Source: a virus. Taken from it: a stretch of DNA of 64,000 bases. The notes below the pieces were generated by a model. The model was not told the DNA's origin, searched no databases, and saw only the letters and a list, made by a program, of their open reading frames with translations. This document shows positions 30,970 to 38,628 of this stretch, in pieces. The position numbers and the translations under genes are program-made. The DNA is taken from IMG/VR virus record IMGVR_UViG_3300028377_000005, positions 32,001 through 96,000 of that record, one strand, 5' to 3'. How positions within the stretch are numbered: the first letter of the stretch is position 1; each line of letters begins with the position of its first letter.

Positions 30970-31660
30970 AGTATACCTCTTTCGCTTCCACCTGTACCAC
31001 TTCCCGCTCAGGCCACCTCAGAGCCGCCAAGGTGTTTCCCTTGACGCAAGACGTATCCACGCAACAGTAGTGCTCATGAACGGTCGGGTCGTCCATCCAG
31101 TAGTGTCCAAAGACAACAAACTCGGGGCCTTCGTAATCCCTCCACCATTCGATTCGGGAATTATCCGGGCCGCCACGGAGGCCGTACATACGCAATTTGG
31201 CCTTGCCATTGAACGCATGGACAGCAACGGCTTCACCACCGTCCAGTTCGATCTTGGTAGGCACTTCCTCTAAGAGGAATTCACCTAGCTCGGTTCTGGG
31301 GCTATCGAACGGCCACCCTTGCTCAAGCTCGGAAACCGTTTTCTGTAACCCGTGTGCGATGGAAACGGGGTTGCCTTTCATCCATCGGAACAGCTTGTTG
31401 TCGTGGTTGCCTTGCACCCACAGGGCTTTGCCCGCTATCCAATGGAAATAGGCAAACTGCAGGGCGAGGCTGTTATAATACCCACGATCTGTGATATCCC
31501 CCACCAGCACAAGCATCCGCCCTTCGGGGTGTTCGTACAGGCCATCTTCACCCATAACGTAACCGAGCTTTTCAACGAGTGCGATTAGTTCGTAGTAACA
31601 CCCGTGGACGTCGCCTACGGCGTCGAAGTGGGTAACGTGTTTTGCGTCGAGTGTCGTCAT
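30953..31660 (-). CDS. Calcineurin-like metallophosphoesterase, Pnkp/PrpE phosphatase type
   Basis: GDVHG, GDITDRG, GNHD, FGH, DTSCVKGNTLAALRWPERE. Confidence 0.9.
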   Translation of the reverse strand: MTTLDAKHVTHFDAVGDVHGCYYELIALVEKLGYVMGEDGLYEHPEGRMLVLVGDITDRGYYNSLALQFAYFHWIAGKALWVQGNHDNKLFRWMKGNPVSIAHGLQKTVSELEQGWPFDSPRTELGEFLLEEVPTKIELDGGEAVAVHAFNGKAKLRMYGLRGGPDNSRIEWWRDYEGPEFVVFGHYWMDDPTVHEHYCCVDTSCVKGNTLAALRWPEREVVQVEAKEVYYADSH

Positions 31661-31743
31661 GGTTGCACACTATTCCATTTATAGTTCGTATCAAGTGATA
31701 TCCTTAGACGTATGCTTATACCCTACTTATCGGATGTAGTCAA

Positions 31744-32127
31744 ATGAAAGACCTTAAAGATCGTCTCATCAAGCTCGGCAAGGTGCGTAAGGATTTGCGC
31801 CCCCACCTTCGGCCTGTTTTGGCGGAGTTAAAAAAGCAAGCTGCGTCGGTGCGGGTGCCGGTCACTATGTCTCAGACCTTCCGTCAGATGGAGTGGGAAT
31901 ACATGCACGAGCTTGGGCAGGTGATCATGGCCGAGTTCAACAAACAGGTATCCCGTGAGTCGCAACTCCACAACATCGAGCCTGCTATGGATTCCCGGTT
32001 CGGAAATGGTTTCGAGATCACCTACACAACACCTTCGGGTGGTAAGCATTCCACGAAAGTGAAATACGGTTCGAAAGACACTCTGAAAGATTTCGTAGGC
32101 TATCTCGTTGATGAGTTTGGTGACTGA
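31744..32127 (+). CDS. Hypothetical protein with shared N-terminal leader
   Basis: N-terminus MKDLKDRLIKLGKVRKDLRPHLRPVL nearly identical to next ORF. Confidence 0.75.
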   Translation: MKDLKDRLIKLGKVRKDLRPHLRPVLAELKKQAASVRVPVTMSQTFRQMEWEYMHELGQVIMAEFNKQVSRESQLHNIEPAMDSRFGNGFEITYTTPSGGKHSTKVKYGSKDTLKDFVGYLVDEFGD

Positions 32128-32162
32128 TTTTACCCTTTTAAGCCGCAACATAGGAAACCCAA

Positions 32163-32510
32163 ATGAGCAACCTAAAAGACCAACTGATTAAACTAGGCGC
32201 TAAGAACAAGAGCCTTCGTCCACATATACGTCCTGTGCTAAAGCAGATCACAGGTAAGGAAGCCGCAGGGTACAGTGTCACCGACTTTGACGACGTGCCC
32301 GGCCAACTGGCCCACGCCTTTCAGAAAGCCGAGTACGCTAAAGCCAACCTTGAGGGCGAACTAAATAAGCTGATCAAAGGTATGGAAGCTGGCGAAGATC
32401 CTCGCCGCCTCAGCCGCCGTGTTCAGCAAGCTAAAGGCCAGTCGGGTGATCTAAAGGCCGCCGCTACTTCCCTTCACAGTATGCTTGAAGACCTACAGCG
32501 AAGCCTGTAA
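32163..32510 (+). CDS. Hypothetical helical protein with shared N-terminal leader
   Basis: N-terminus MSNLKDQLIKLGAKNKSLRPHIRPVL. Confidence 0.75.
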   Translation: MSNLKDQLIKLGAKNKSLRPHIRPVLKQITGKEAAGYSVTDFDDVPGQLAHAFQKAEYAKANLEGELNKLIKGMEAGEDPRRLSRRVQQAKGQSGDLKAAATSLHSMLEDLQRSL

Positions 32511-32541
32511 CCTGATGATCTTTTGCGCGGGAAACTGACTC

Positions 32542-33549
32542 ATGGCTGAAACCAAATACAAAAATAAGCGGGAGACCGATGAGGGTACCACTGTGTATGA
32601 GTACTCCGACAAACAGGTCCAACACCGCAACCGTGAGAAAGCCAAGAAAGTCGAGCAATTAAGCAAGAAGATTGACGACCTCCGCAAACAGGTCAAAAAA
32701 GATCTCGCCAGCGACGACAGCGTAACGAAGCTCAAGGCCCTTGCTGTAGCCTTGATGGACCAGACCTATGAGCGTATCGGAAACGAAAATTCAGCCGAAG
32801 AGCGCGGGCATCACGGGGTCACGGTGTGGCGCAAAAAACACGTCAAGTTCAACGGCAATAAGGCCACGATCAAATACACCGGTAAGTCAGGTGTAGATCA
32901 CACCAAAACCGTGGACGACCCGAAAGTGGTCAAGGTCCTGAAAGAATTTACGAAAGACAAGAGCGGTGACGATTTCGTTTTCGACTGTGGGGATGAAGAC
33001 GACACTTGCGTTCGCGCAAAAGACGTCAACGATTACCTATCCAAGTTCGATACCACTGCGAAAGATATCCGGGGATACCACGCCAACCGCCTGATGCAAG
33101 AGACACTCAAAGATCTCCGCAAAAAGGGCAAGAAGTTACCCGATGATAAGAAAAAACGGGAAGAGTTGCTTAAAGAGGAATTCGATAAAGCACTGGAGAT
33201 CGTCGCCGGTGAAGTGGGCCACGAGGCCGCTACATTGAAAAGCAACTACCTTGTACCTGCCCTTGAGGACACGTACATGGATGGAGGCAAAGTGATCGAC
33301 AAGCTAGATAAAAAGAAATCCGCCGCTATGAAAACAGCGCGCAACTTAACCCTAGCCCGTTACGTAGCACAGCGCTATATGCGCAAATCCCGCACATCAA
33401 CACGTAACCTTAACGAACTCTTGGACGCCAATCAGGTGTACATGGGGCCGTTGGACGAGGGGATGGTCGAAGCGATGGATGCAGCGGGTGTCGACGAAAG
33501 CATTTTGTCGCTGATGCGTGATAGGATCAACGACCGGAACGGCAATTAA
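32542..33549 (+). CDS. DNA topoisomerase IB (poxvirus/bacterial type)
   Basis: Catalytic pentad R (RIGN), K (GKSG), R (KDIRGYHAN), H and Y nine residues apart (GHEAATLKSNY). Confidence 0.9.
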   Translation: MAETKYKNKRETDEGTTVYEYSDKQVQHRNREKAKKVEQLSKKIDDLRKQVKKDLASDDSVTKLKALAVALMDQTYERIGNENSAEERGHHGVTVWRKKHVKFNGNKATIKYTGKSGVDHTKTVDDPKVVKVLKEFTKDKSGDDFVFDCGDEDDTCVRAKDVNDYLSKFDTTAKDIRGYHANRLMQETLKDLRKKGKKLPDDKKKREELLKEEFDKALEIVAGEVGHEAATLKSNYLVPALEDTYMDGGKVIDKLDKKKSAAMKTARNLTLARYVAQRYMRKSRTSTRNLNELLDANQVYMGPLDEGMVEAMDAAGVDESILSLMRDRINDRNGN

Positions 33550-33558
33550 GATCCGTTT

Positions 33559-33681
33559 TCATCCCCTACAGAAAGGGGGGTTGCCGCATCCGGGTCCGGG
33601 ACATGAACAAGGACCAGAACCCGCCTGAATCAACTGGCTGAGTTTGCCTAATCGCTTGAGCTTCGGCGGCGTGTATTTCAT
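33559..33681 (-). CDS. RiPP-precursor-like peptide, 40 aa (not in ORF track)
   Basis: MKYTPPKLKRLGKLSQLIQAGSGPCSCPGPGCGNPPFCRG; YxxPxLxxxG leader; start overlaps upstream stop (TAATG). Confidence 0.7.
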   Translation of the reverse strand: MKYTPPKLKRLGKLSQLIQAGSGPCSCPGPGCGNPPFCRG

Positions 33682-33941
33682 TAGTGGTCCTTTTCGAAAA
33701 CGAAATGCTGGTCGCTATCGTAAGGATCATCGAACTCCTTATAGACTTGCAGCCGTGTCGCATTCAGGATGCGCTTGACTTCGGCGATTTCCTCAGCCGT
33801 TACAACGATCCGATTGGAGACATGGACCTTCAGTTGGTGTCCCGTCTCTTTACCCAAATGCTCGATCTTGATACGGTTGTCAAACAGGTTTTCGAGTTCG
33901 CCTTGAATCCGCTCGAATGCTTCGTCCCGTGATTCAGTCAT
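33681..33941 (-). CDS. Hypothetical protein
   Basis: 86 aa, coupled to both neighbours, AGGA RBS. Confidence 0.7.
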   Translation of the reverse strand: MTESRDEAFERIQGELENLFDNRIKIEHLGKETGHQLKVHVSNRIVVTAEEIAEVKRILNATRLQVYKEFDDPYDSDQHFVFEKDH

Positions 33942-34470
33942 TGTCCTGCTCCTTGTAGTTGTAAACGACGGTTCGATCCATCCCTGCTACTTCTTCCAGC
34001 ACTAACTTACGCGGCCCTACCTCTTCCCCGTAAACCAAAAGCGTGTTGCGCCTGTTCGGCACATGATGCTTTAGTTCCCGCCAACTGACGTGGATCCAAA
34101 AGTCTATCGGACCACACGCTGACATGTCTGTATTACAGCCCAGATACACTACGGTTGGTGCGTCCTTTACAAGCCCCACCAGACTTCGGAGGTACTGCTG
34201 TGGCCACGATAGGAAAACCACGCCTTCGGTGATAGGCTCCAGATCATGAAAATAGGCTTGCCGGTACTCCAACCGTTTCGGGTGCTTCCGAACAGGTCCA
34301 TCTGTATCTATCGGTGCCGGGTTCCGGTCGATAGCAATGACTTTGGACGCACCCATGTCCCGTAACTGGTATGCCAAGTCGCAAGAGCCAGCCCCCAAGT
34401 CGTAGACAACTTGGTCCTGTACTACATCCCGGAGGACGGCCTCTTGCGCTTCTGTTAGATGACCTTGCAT
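33934..34470 (-). CDS. Class I SAM-dependent methyltransferase
   Basis: VVYDLGAGS motif I, VIAID motif II, FLSWP. Confidence 0.75.
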   Translation of the reverse strand: MQGHLTEAQEAVLRDVVQDQVVYDLGAGSCDLAYQLRDMGASKVIAIDRNPAPIDTDGPVRKHPKRLEYRQAYFHDLEPITEGVVFLSWPQQYLRSLVGLVKDAPTVVYLGCNTDMSACGPIDFWIHVSWRELKHHVPNRRNTLLVYGEEVGPRKLVLEEVAGMDRTVVYNYKEQDND

Positions 34471-34471
34471 G

Positions 34472-35329
34472 TCAGTCCGCTACGGTAGTCCATTCGCTGT
34501 AATAGTCGACGGCTTCGCGAGCCTTACCCCGGATTTCGTCGGCGTCCCATTCCTGTGCCTCTTTGTTTCCCCCGGCCAAATTGTGTACCAGACGGCCCGG
34601 CGATAGTGGTGAAGCATCTTCACCCGCCGACGCCAAAACGGCCACTAGGATATGGGTGCATTCGCTGTTAGCGATACGGTTGTACTCGGGAGGCTCGTCC
34701 TGAACATCGGGGTCGTCGAGGTAAGCGTCCCTCGTGTAGACGACCGCTGAGAGCGACGTGGCAGGTTCCGCAAGTTCCCGACGTAGGAACAAACGCACCT
34801 TCCCCCTGTAACGCCTTACGACGTAATCCTCGGGGTTCTGTGTGTGTTTTCCGACACCAGCACTGACTGCTTCCAGCACTTCCGGCTCAGGGTCGCTGAG
34901 ATTGATAAGGGCTTGCCCCGGAACGCGCTGGTCTTCGAAATCGGTCTGGTTGATACCACGAGCCAAGGCTGCCATGAACCGGTTGGAGTTCGTGACCTTG
35001 GAGCCAATCGTCTCATCGTCGAAAGCCGTGACGATTTCAGCGAGTTCGATCTTGCGGGTGTCGAGTATTTGGATGTCCTGCGTCATAATGTCGTCCTTCA
35101 TATCGAAAATATCTTCCATCAAAACAAGCCAATTGATATCCGGCCAGCCTTTCAGCAACAAGTAAGCGCGGCCCACTTCCCAATCATTCATGCGGTCAGT
35201 GGTGCCACCATCTTGGTAGTAAAAGTACAGGGCCAGATAATGGAGCCACCCTTTGGGCATGTGCGTGGCTCTGCCTTTTTCAAAGGCCCACGCCAAGATC
35301 GCTGCAGAGATGTTTTCCCAGCCGTTCAT
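34472..35329 (-). CDS. Hypothetical protein, C-terminal region DUF3228-like
   Basis: VVYTRDAY...ILVAVLA...PLSPGRLVHNLAGG...EAVDYY resembles DUF3228 by recall; possible internal start at MTQDIQ. Confidence 0.45.
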   Translation of the reverse strand: MNGWENISAAILAWAFEKGRATHMPKGWLHYLALYFYYQDGGTTDRMNDWEVGRAYLLLKGWPDINWLVLMEDIFDMKDDIMTQDIQILDTRKIELAEIVTAFDDETIGSKVTNSNRFMAALARGINQTDFEDQRVPGQALINLSDPEPEVLEAVSAGVGKHTQNPEDYVVRRYRGKVRLFLRRELAEPATSLSAVVYTRDAYLDDPDVQDEPPEYNRIANSECTHILVAVLASAGEDASPLSPGRLVHNLAGGNKEAQEWDADEIRGKAREAVDYYSEWTTVAD

Positions 35330-35637
35330 TCGTTGTCTTCGTCTAGTATGATTTGCCGGAAATCTTCATCGGTCTTATACATGTGAAGGAACCATTTGAA
35401 TTTTTCGCGTGCTTCGTAAGTGCCGGGCAATGCTTGCGTGAAAATCAGGTAATTCCAGTAACTGCCCCACACGAGTAAAACGCTAGCCCAAAAGTACATA
35501 GACCAGTCACCCCCTACCCACAAATCGTGAAGGGGTATAGCTATCATGGCCGCACCGGTGGCCAAGGCAATAGCCTCAAGCAGATAGGTGGCCCGATATA
35601 TGCGACGGTTTTCGATGTATGTGCGGCATTTTTTCAT
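35326..35637 (-). CDS. Membrane protein (2 TM)
   Basis: ATG 35637 overlaps the kinase stop; two hydrophobic segments. Confidence 0.65.
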   Translation of the reverse strand: MKKCRTYIENRRIYRATYLLEAIALATGAAMIAIPLHDLWVGGDWSMYFWASVLLVWGSYWNYLIFTQALPGTYEAREKFKWFLHMYKTDEDFRQIILDEDNE

Positions 35638-36152
35638 CGCAAGATCGTGACGTCGCCGCTTTCGGAATCGTATTCGAAAACGCCCGTCCACTTTTCGGTA
35701 TCGTCGAGGACATTTTGCCGCGCATGGGCGAACCGTGAGGAGTGCTTTTCGATAACCCATTCCGGCACTTTACGGTCCCGGCTGGCGTTCCGCTCTTTAC
35801 ACAGTTCTTCGTCCGCTTTGATTAGGATGGCGTAGGAAGGCAACCCCTTAACCACCGGGCCGTAGTATGCCTTGCGGTTCTGACGCTTGAGGTTGGTCGC
35901 ATCCAGAATGGTCCGTTGTCGGTACTCCGACCGGATCTTTACGATGTCGTAAATCATCTGGAACACGATACCCGTAACCCTTTGTTCCGTTGGGTCGCCA
36001 CTCAAGACGCCCCGGTAATGGTCGGATGATACGATTTCGGTCGGACCATTAGCCAGTTCGCGAGCCAAGGTACTCTTGCCGCTGCCGGATGAACCAATCA
36101 TCACAATGACACAGGGGTCAGCCGTGTATTTTTTCAATTCGCGCAAGTTCAT
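35634..36152 (-). CDS. Polynucleotide kinase (Pnkp kinase / AAA_33 type)
   Basis: GSSGSGKST P-loop, SSDHYR, LDATN, ERNASRDRKVP lid; AGGAGG RBS before ATG 36152. Confidence 0.88.
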   Translation of the reverse strand: MNLRELKKYTADPCVIVMIGSSGSGKSTLARELANGPTEIVSSDHYRGVLSGDPTEQRVTGIVFQMIYDIVKIRSEYRQRTILDATNLKRQNRKAYYGPVVKGLPSYAILIKADEELCKERNASRDRKVPEWVIEKHSSRFAHARQNVLDDTEKWTGVFEYDSESGDVTILR

Positions 36153-36169
36153 GTCTGCCTCCTGTACAT

Positions 36170-36198
36170 TCCATACCATAGCTATCCTGTGCCGTCAA
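36170..36198 (-). promoter_or_regulatory. Sigma70-like promoter
   Basis: TTGACG-N17-TATGGA upstream of the kinase. Confidence 0.5.
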
Positions 36199-36211
36199 TT
36201 GTTACGTATCG

Positions 36212-36544
36212 TTATTCTTCGGTGTCCCAGCTATCGTCGACGAGGCTCCACGGCTCGGGAGGCTCATCGCCGTCTTTGATGAGTACCAGCGTCGAGCACA
36301 GGTACGTGAGGATGTAGGGCGCACAGTCACCCGGCTCTTGTTCGGGGTTGCCCCCGTCGTCGAAACAGACGTAGCACTCTTGGCACTGTAGCGTTTCGTT
36401 TAGCCACGTCCTGACGACGATACCCGTTTCGCCACTACCTCCATGATACACTCGGTCCCCTACCTTATGCAAGGGGTGGCCAGTAGCTTCGCAGTCTTGG
36501 ACGCAACGGGGATCAAACTTTTCCGGGTTTCGGATGGTGCTCAT
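36212..36544 (-). CDS. Hypothetical Cys-rich SH3-like protein
   Basis: KVGDRVYH...TGIVV pattern; several CxxC pairs. Confidence 0.6.
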   Translation of the reverse strand: MSTIRNPEKFDPRCVQDCEATGHPLHKVGDRVYHGGSGETGIVVRTWLNETLQCQECYVCFDDGGNPEQEPGDCAPYILTYLCSTLVLIKDGDEPPEPWSLVDDSWDTEE

Positions 36545-36590
36545 TGGTCACCGTATGAAAAGGGTGTAACATAGCCTTGTCCGTGTGGTT

Positions 36591-36860
36591 TTAGCTGTTT
36601 TTGCCGTACTGTTCTTTGCACCCCTTAACCCAGATGGTAAAGGATACGCTTTCGATGACTTCACGGGACCAATTCACTTCGATTGCAACCTCTGAGAGGT
36701 CGAAGTCTTCGGCTAATACGGACAGATCCAAAGTGGACCAATCCGGGGCTTCAATTTCGGCTTCGCCCCATTCGTAGACACTGACATTAGCTTTCGGGTG
36801 TACCCCTTGCGCTACCGTCTTGAGCCGGGCGACCTCTTTTTCGATTATCACGGCTGTCAT
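36591..36860 (-). CDS. Hypothetical protein
   Basis: 89-aa ORF in co-oriented run. Confidence 0.6.
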   Translation of the reverse strand: MTAVIIEKEVARLKTVAQGVHPKANVSVYEWGEAEIEAPDWSTLDLSVLAEDFDLSEVAIEVNWSREVIESVSFTIWVKGCKEQYGKNS

Positions 36861-36863
36861 AGC

Positions 36864-37163
36864 TCAAATCCCGTATACCCATTGACGATCCGACATGTCT
36901 ATCTCGACGATTTCCCCGTCGACCCGGATGAAAGCCCGAACTACCTCGGGACCCTCTACCAGAAACGCCTTAACACTCATCCCTTCTAAAATAGTAGTGA
37001 GGGATTCGGTATTGACGGCGTGTAGGTCGTCACCGCACAACATGATGCCCGCTGCCTTTTCCGTAGTGGGATCCACCAGTTCTTCGCCCACCAATTCTTC
37101 ATAAAGCGGGACTTCAAAAACGGTAGCGGCTCTGAGTTCCAAATAACATTTGTCGGCGGCCAT
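36864..37163 (-). CDS. Hypothetical protein
   Basis: Start at ATG 37163 with AGGA upstream. Confidence 0.6.
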   Translation of the reverse strand: MAADKCYLELRAATVFEVPLYEELVGEELVDPTTEKAAGIMLCGDDLHAVNTESLTTILEGMSVKAFLVEGPEVVRAFIRVDGEIVEIDMSDRQWVYGI

Positions 37164-37220
37164 TGTGTAAATCCTAGTTAGGGCGCAGGGGGCTCTCACA
37201 CCCCCGCTACGCCGTTTATA

Positions 37221-37838
37221 TTAGATGCGGAACATTCCCTTCGGACCGTGGCCCAGCTTACCAGCATAGGCGCTCTTGAGGGCTTCCCACGCTTCCGACT
37301 TCTGGCTGACCGGGACTTTCCAGACCTTGTTCTCTTTGTCCCAGCGGCGGCCCGTGACGCTCTTGATAGCCTCGATGAAATCGGTATCGAAGGGCGTGTC
37401 CAACAGGACCATACCGTCTTCGACCGTGATTTCGACTTCAGCCAGACGCCCACCGATCTTATCGGAAAGCGTTTCGTAACCCATCGCCTTCATGGCTTCG
37501 AGGCACATGGTCGTGTCTTCGAGGTGCGTGCCTTCGTGCGCCCAGAATGCGACGGCATGGTTGAGGACGTTGACCGCTTTGCGGCTATCGTCTTTCAGGA
37601 CGGCGTTCATGGCCTTGTCCGCCAGCGCCGTGTCCGACAGGTTCTGCAGGATGGCCGTGACCTTCTGGGCCGTTTCATCGTCGATTTCGTAGGCGTCTTC
37701 GTAGCCGTACTTGCCCCGGCACACCGGGCCGATGCCGAACTCGACGCTCGTGCCGTCGACCAGCGGGCGGTTGCAGCATGAGCAGTGGGTGGGGTTGAGT
37801 TTGTATGCTGCCGATTGGGTGTAGTCGCCGTTCGTCAT
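37221..37838 (-). CDS. DUF6011-like zinc finger plus HARP-like domain protein
   Basis: CSCCNRPLVDGTSVEFGIGPVC; C-terminal PFDTDFIEAIKSVTGRRWDKENKVWKVP; GGAG RBS before ATG 37838. Confidence 0.7.
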   Translation of the reverse strand: MTNGDYTQSAAYKLNPTHCSCCNRPLVDGTSVEFGIGPVCRGKYGYEDAYEIDDETAQKVTAILQNLSDTALADKAMNAVLKDDSRKAVNVLNHAVAFWAHEGTHLEDTTMCLEAMKAMGYETLSDKIGGRLAEVEITVEDGMVLLDTPFDTDFIEAIKSVTGRRWDKENKVWKVPVSQKSEAWEALKSAYAGKLGHGPKGMFRI

Positions 37839-37886
37839 TGTTGTCTCCGTCGTCGTCGTGAATAGTTCTAGTTGCGTTCCCATCTT

Positions 37887-37921
37887 CACTAACCTATACC
37901 CTAGTACCGGAGATCCGTCAA
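37887..37921 (-). promoter_or_regulatory. Sigma70-like early promoter with ACTAGGGTATAGGTTAGTG element
   Basis: TTGACG-N17-TATAGG; -10 region 18/19 identical to that at 46583-46601. Confidence 0.65.
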
Positions 37922-37928
37922 AAGTTTC

Positions 37929-38258
37929 TTAAAGAAAATCGAGTCGTTTCATTGTGCTTCGAATGAAGTTCGGGAGCGGATCCACTTTACACTTGTGGCT
38001 GATGACTATCTCTTTGCGGTCGTATCCGCGCACCCACATAACCCCGTCACGTTTGGGGTCCAAGAGTACCTCCAGCGTAAAGCGGTAAGTGTCGTAGGGA
38101 AACAAAACCCGCAACGCCTGACATTTTTTCGTCGTGTTCCATTCCACGAAAATGTTTCGTTCCTCTTCCATGTCCCGACTGAAAAAGTAATCGTCCTTGA
38201 CTTCACGGACCGTTTCTACCGTGGATTTGATGACGTCGTATTTCATGATGCGCTTCAT
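37929..38258 (-). CDS. Hypothetical protein
   Basis: GAGG RBS before ATG 38258. Confidence 0.6.
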   Translation of the reverse strand: MKRIMKYDVIKSTVETVREVKDDYFFSRDMEEERNIFVEWNTTKKCQALRVLFPYDTYRFTLEVLLDPKRDGVMWVRGYDRKEIVISHKCKVDPLPNFIRSTMKRLDFL

Positions 38259-38265
38259 GTATCCC

Positions 38266-38520
38266 TCAGTCGGCGAAATATTCGATGACGTACTCGACCA
38301 AATAATGGAAATCGTCTTCGTGCAACACGATTGAACGGGGGTTGCAATAGTGTTTGATGGACGCCTCGACCCACTCACGGTTGGGAAGGTACGTGATGTT
38401 GCACCCGTCCACGAACTGTTCGATGACTTTTTCGCCGAGGTCCACGAGTTCTAGCTCATCCCGCTTTTCCTCGTACTTGCCCACCGGCTTTCTGTGGGAG
38501 GCGTATTCGACAGTGTTCAT
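38266..38520 (-). CDS. Hypothetical protein
   Basis: GAGGAAGG upstream; follows a promoter. Confidence 0.65.
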   Translation of the reverse strand: MNTVEYASHRKPVGKYEEKRDELELVDLGEKVIEQFVDGCNITYLPNREWVEASIKHYCNPRSIVLHEDDFHYLVEYVIEYFAD

Positions 38521-38556
38521 AACCCTTCCTCGGCACTCAGGTAACTAATCTACTCC

Positions 38557-38585
38557 TTTATACCTTAGTGTCGAGGGTGTGTCAA
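38557..38585 (-). promoter_or_regulatory. Sigma70-like early promoter
   Basis: TTGACA-N17-TATAAA with ACTAAGG before the -10. Confidence 0.7.
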
Positions 38586-38616
38586 AAGAAAAGGCGACCC
38601 GGTGAGGGCCGCCTTT
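38584..38616 (-). terminator. Intrinsic terminator after the 2H gene
   Basis: AAAGGCG...CGCCTTT hairpin followed by a T-rich run on the - strand. Confidence 0.6.
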
Positions 38617-38628
38617 GGGGGTGTGCTT

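Noticed and set aside
32542-33549. Integrase marking a prophage or mobile island
   Set aside because: Motif context (RIGN, GKSG, KDIR.Y.AN) matches TopIB rather than tyrosine integrases, and no att-like repeats were seen.
33681-33941. 86-aa ORF upstream of the peptide as an RRE/PqqD domain
   Set aside because: Size fits, but it begins with a helix and lacks the three-strand/three-helix pattern and LN..G..IW-type motif; not supportable without structure prediction.
33934-34470. Methyltransferase as Hen1
   Set aside because: Lacks the Hen1 ExIEH metal-binding motif and the N-terminal ligase-activating domain.
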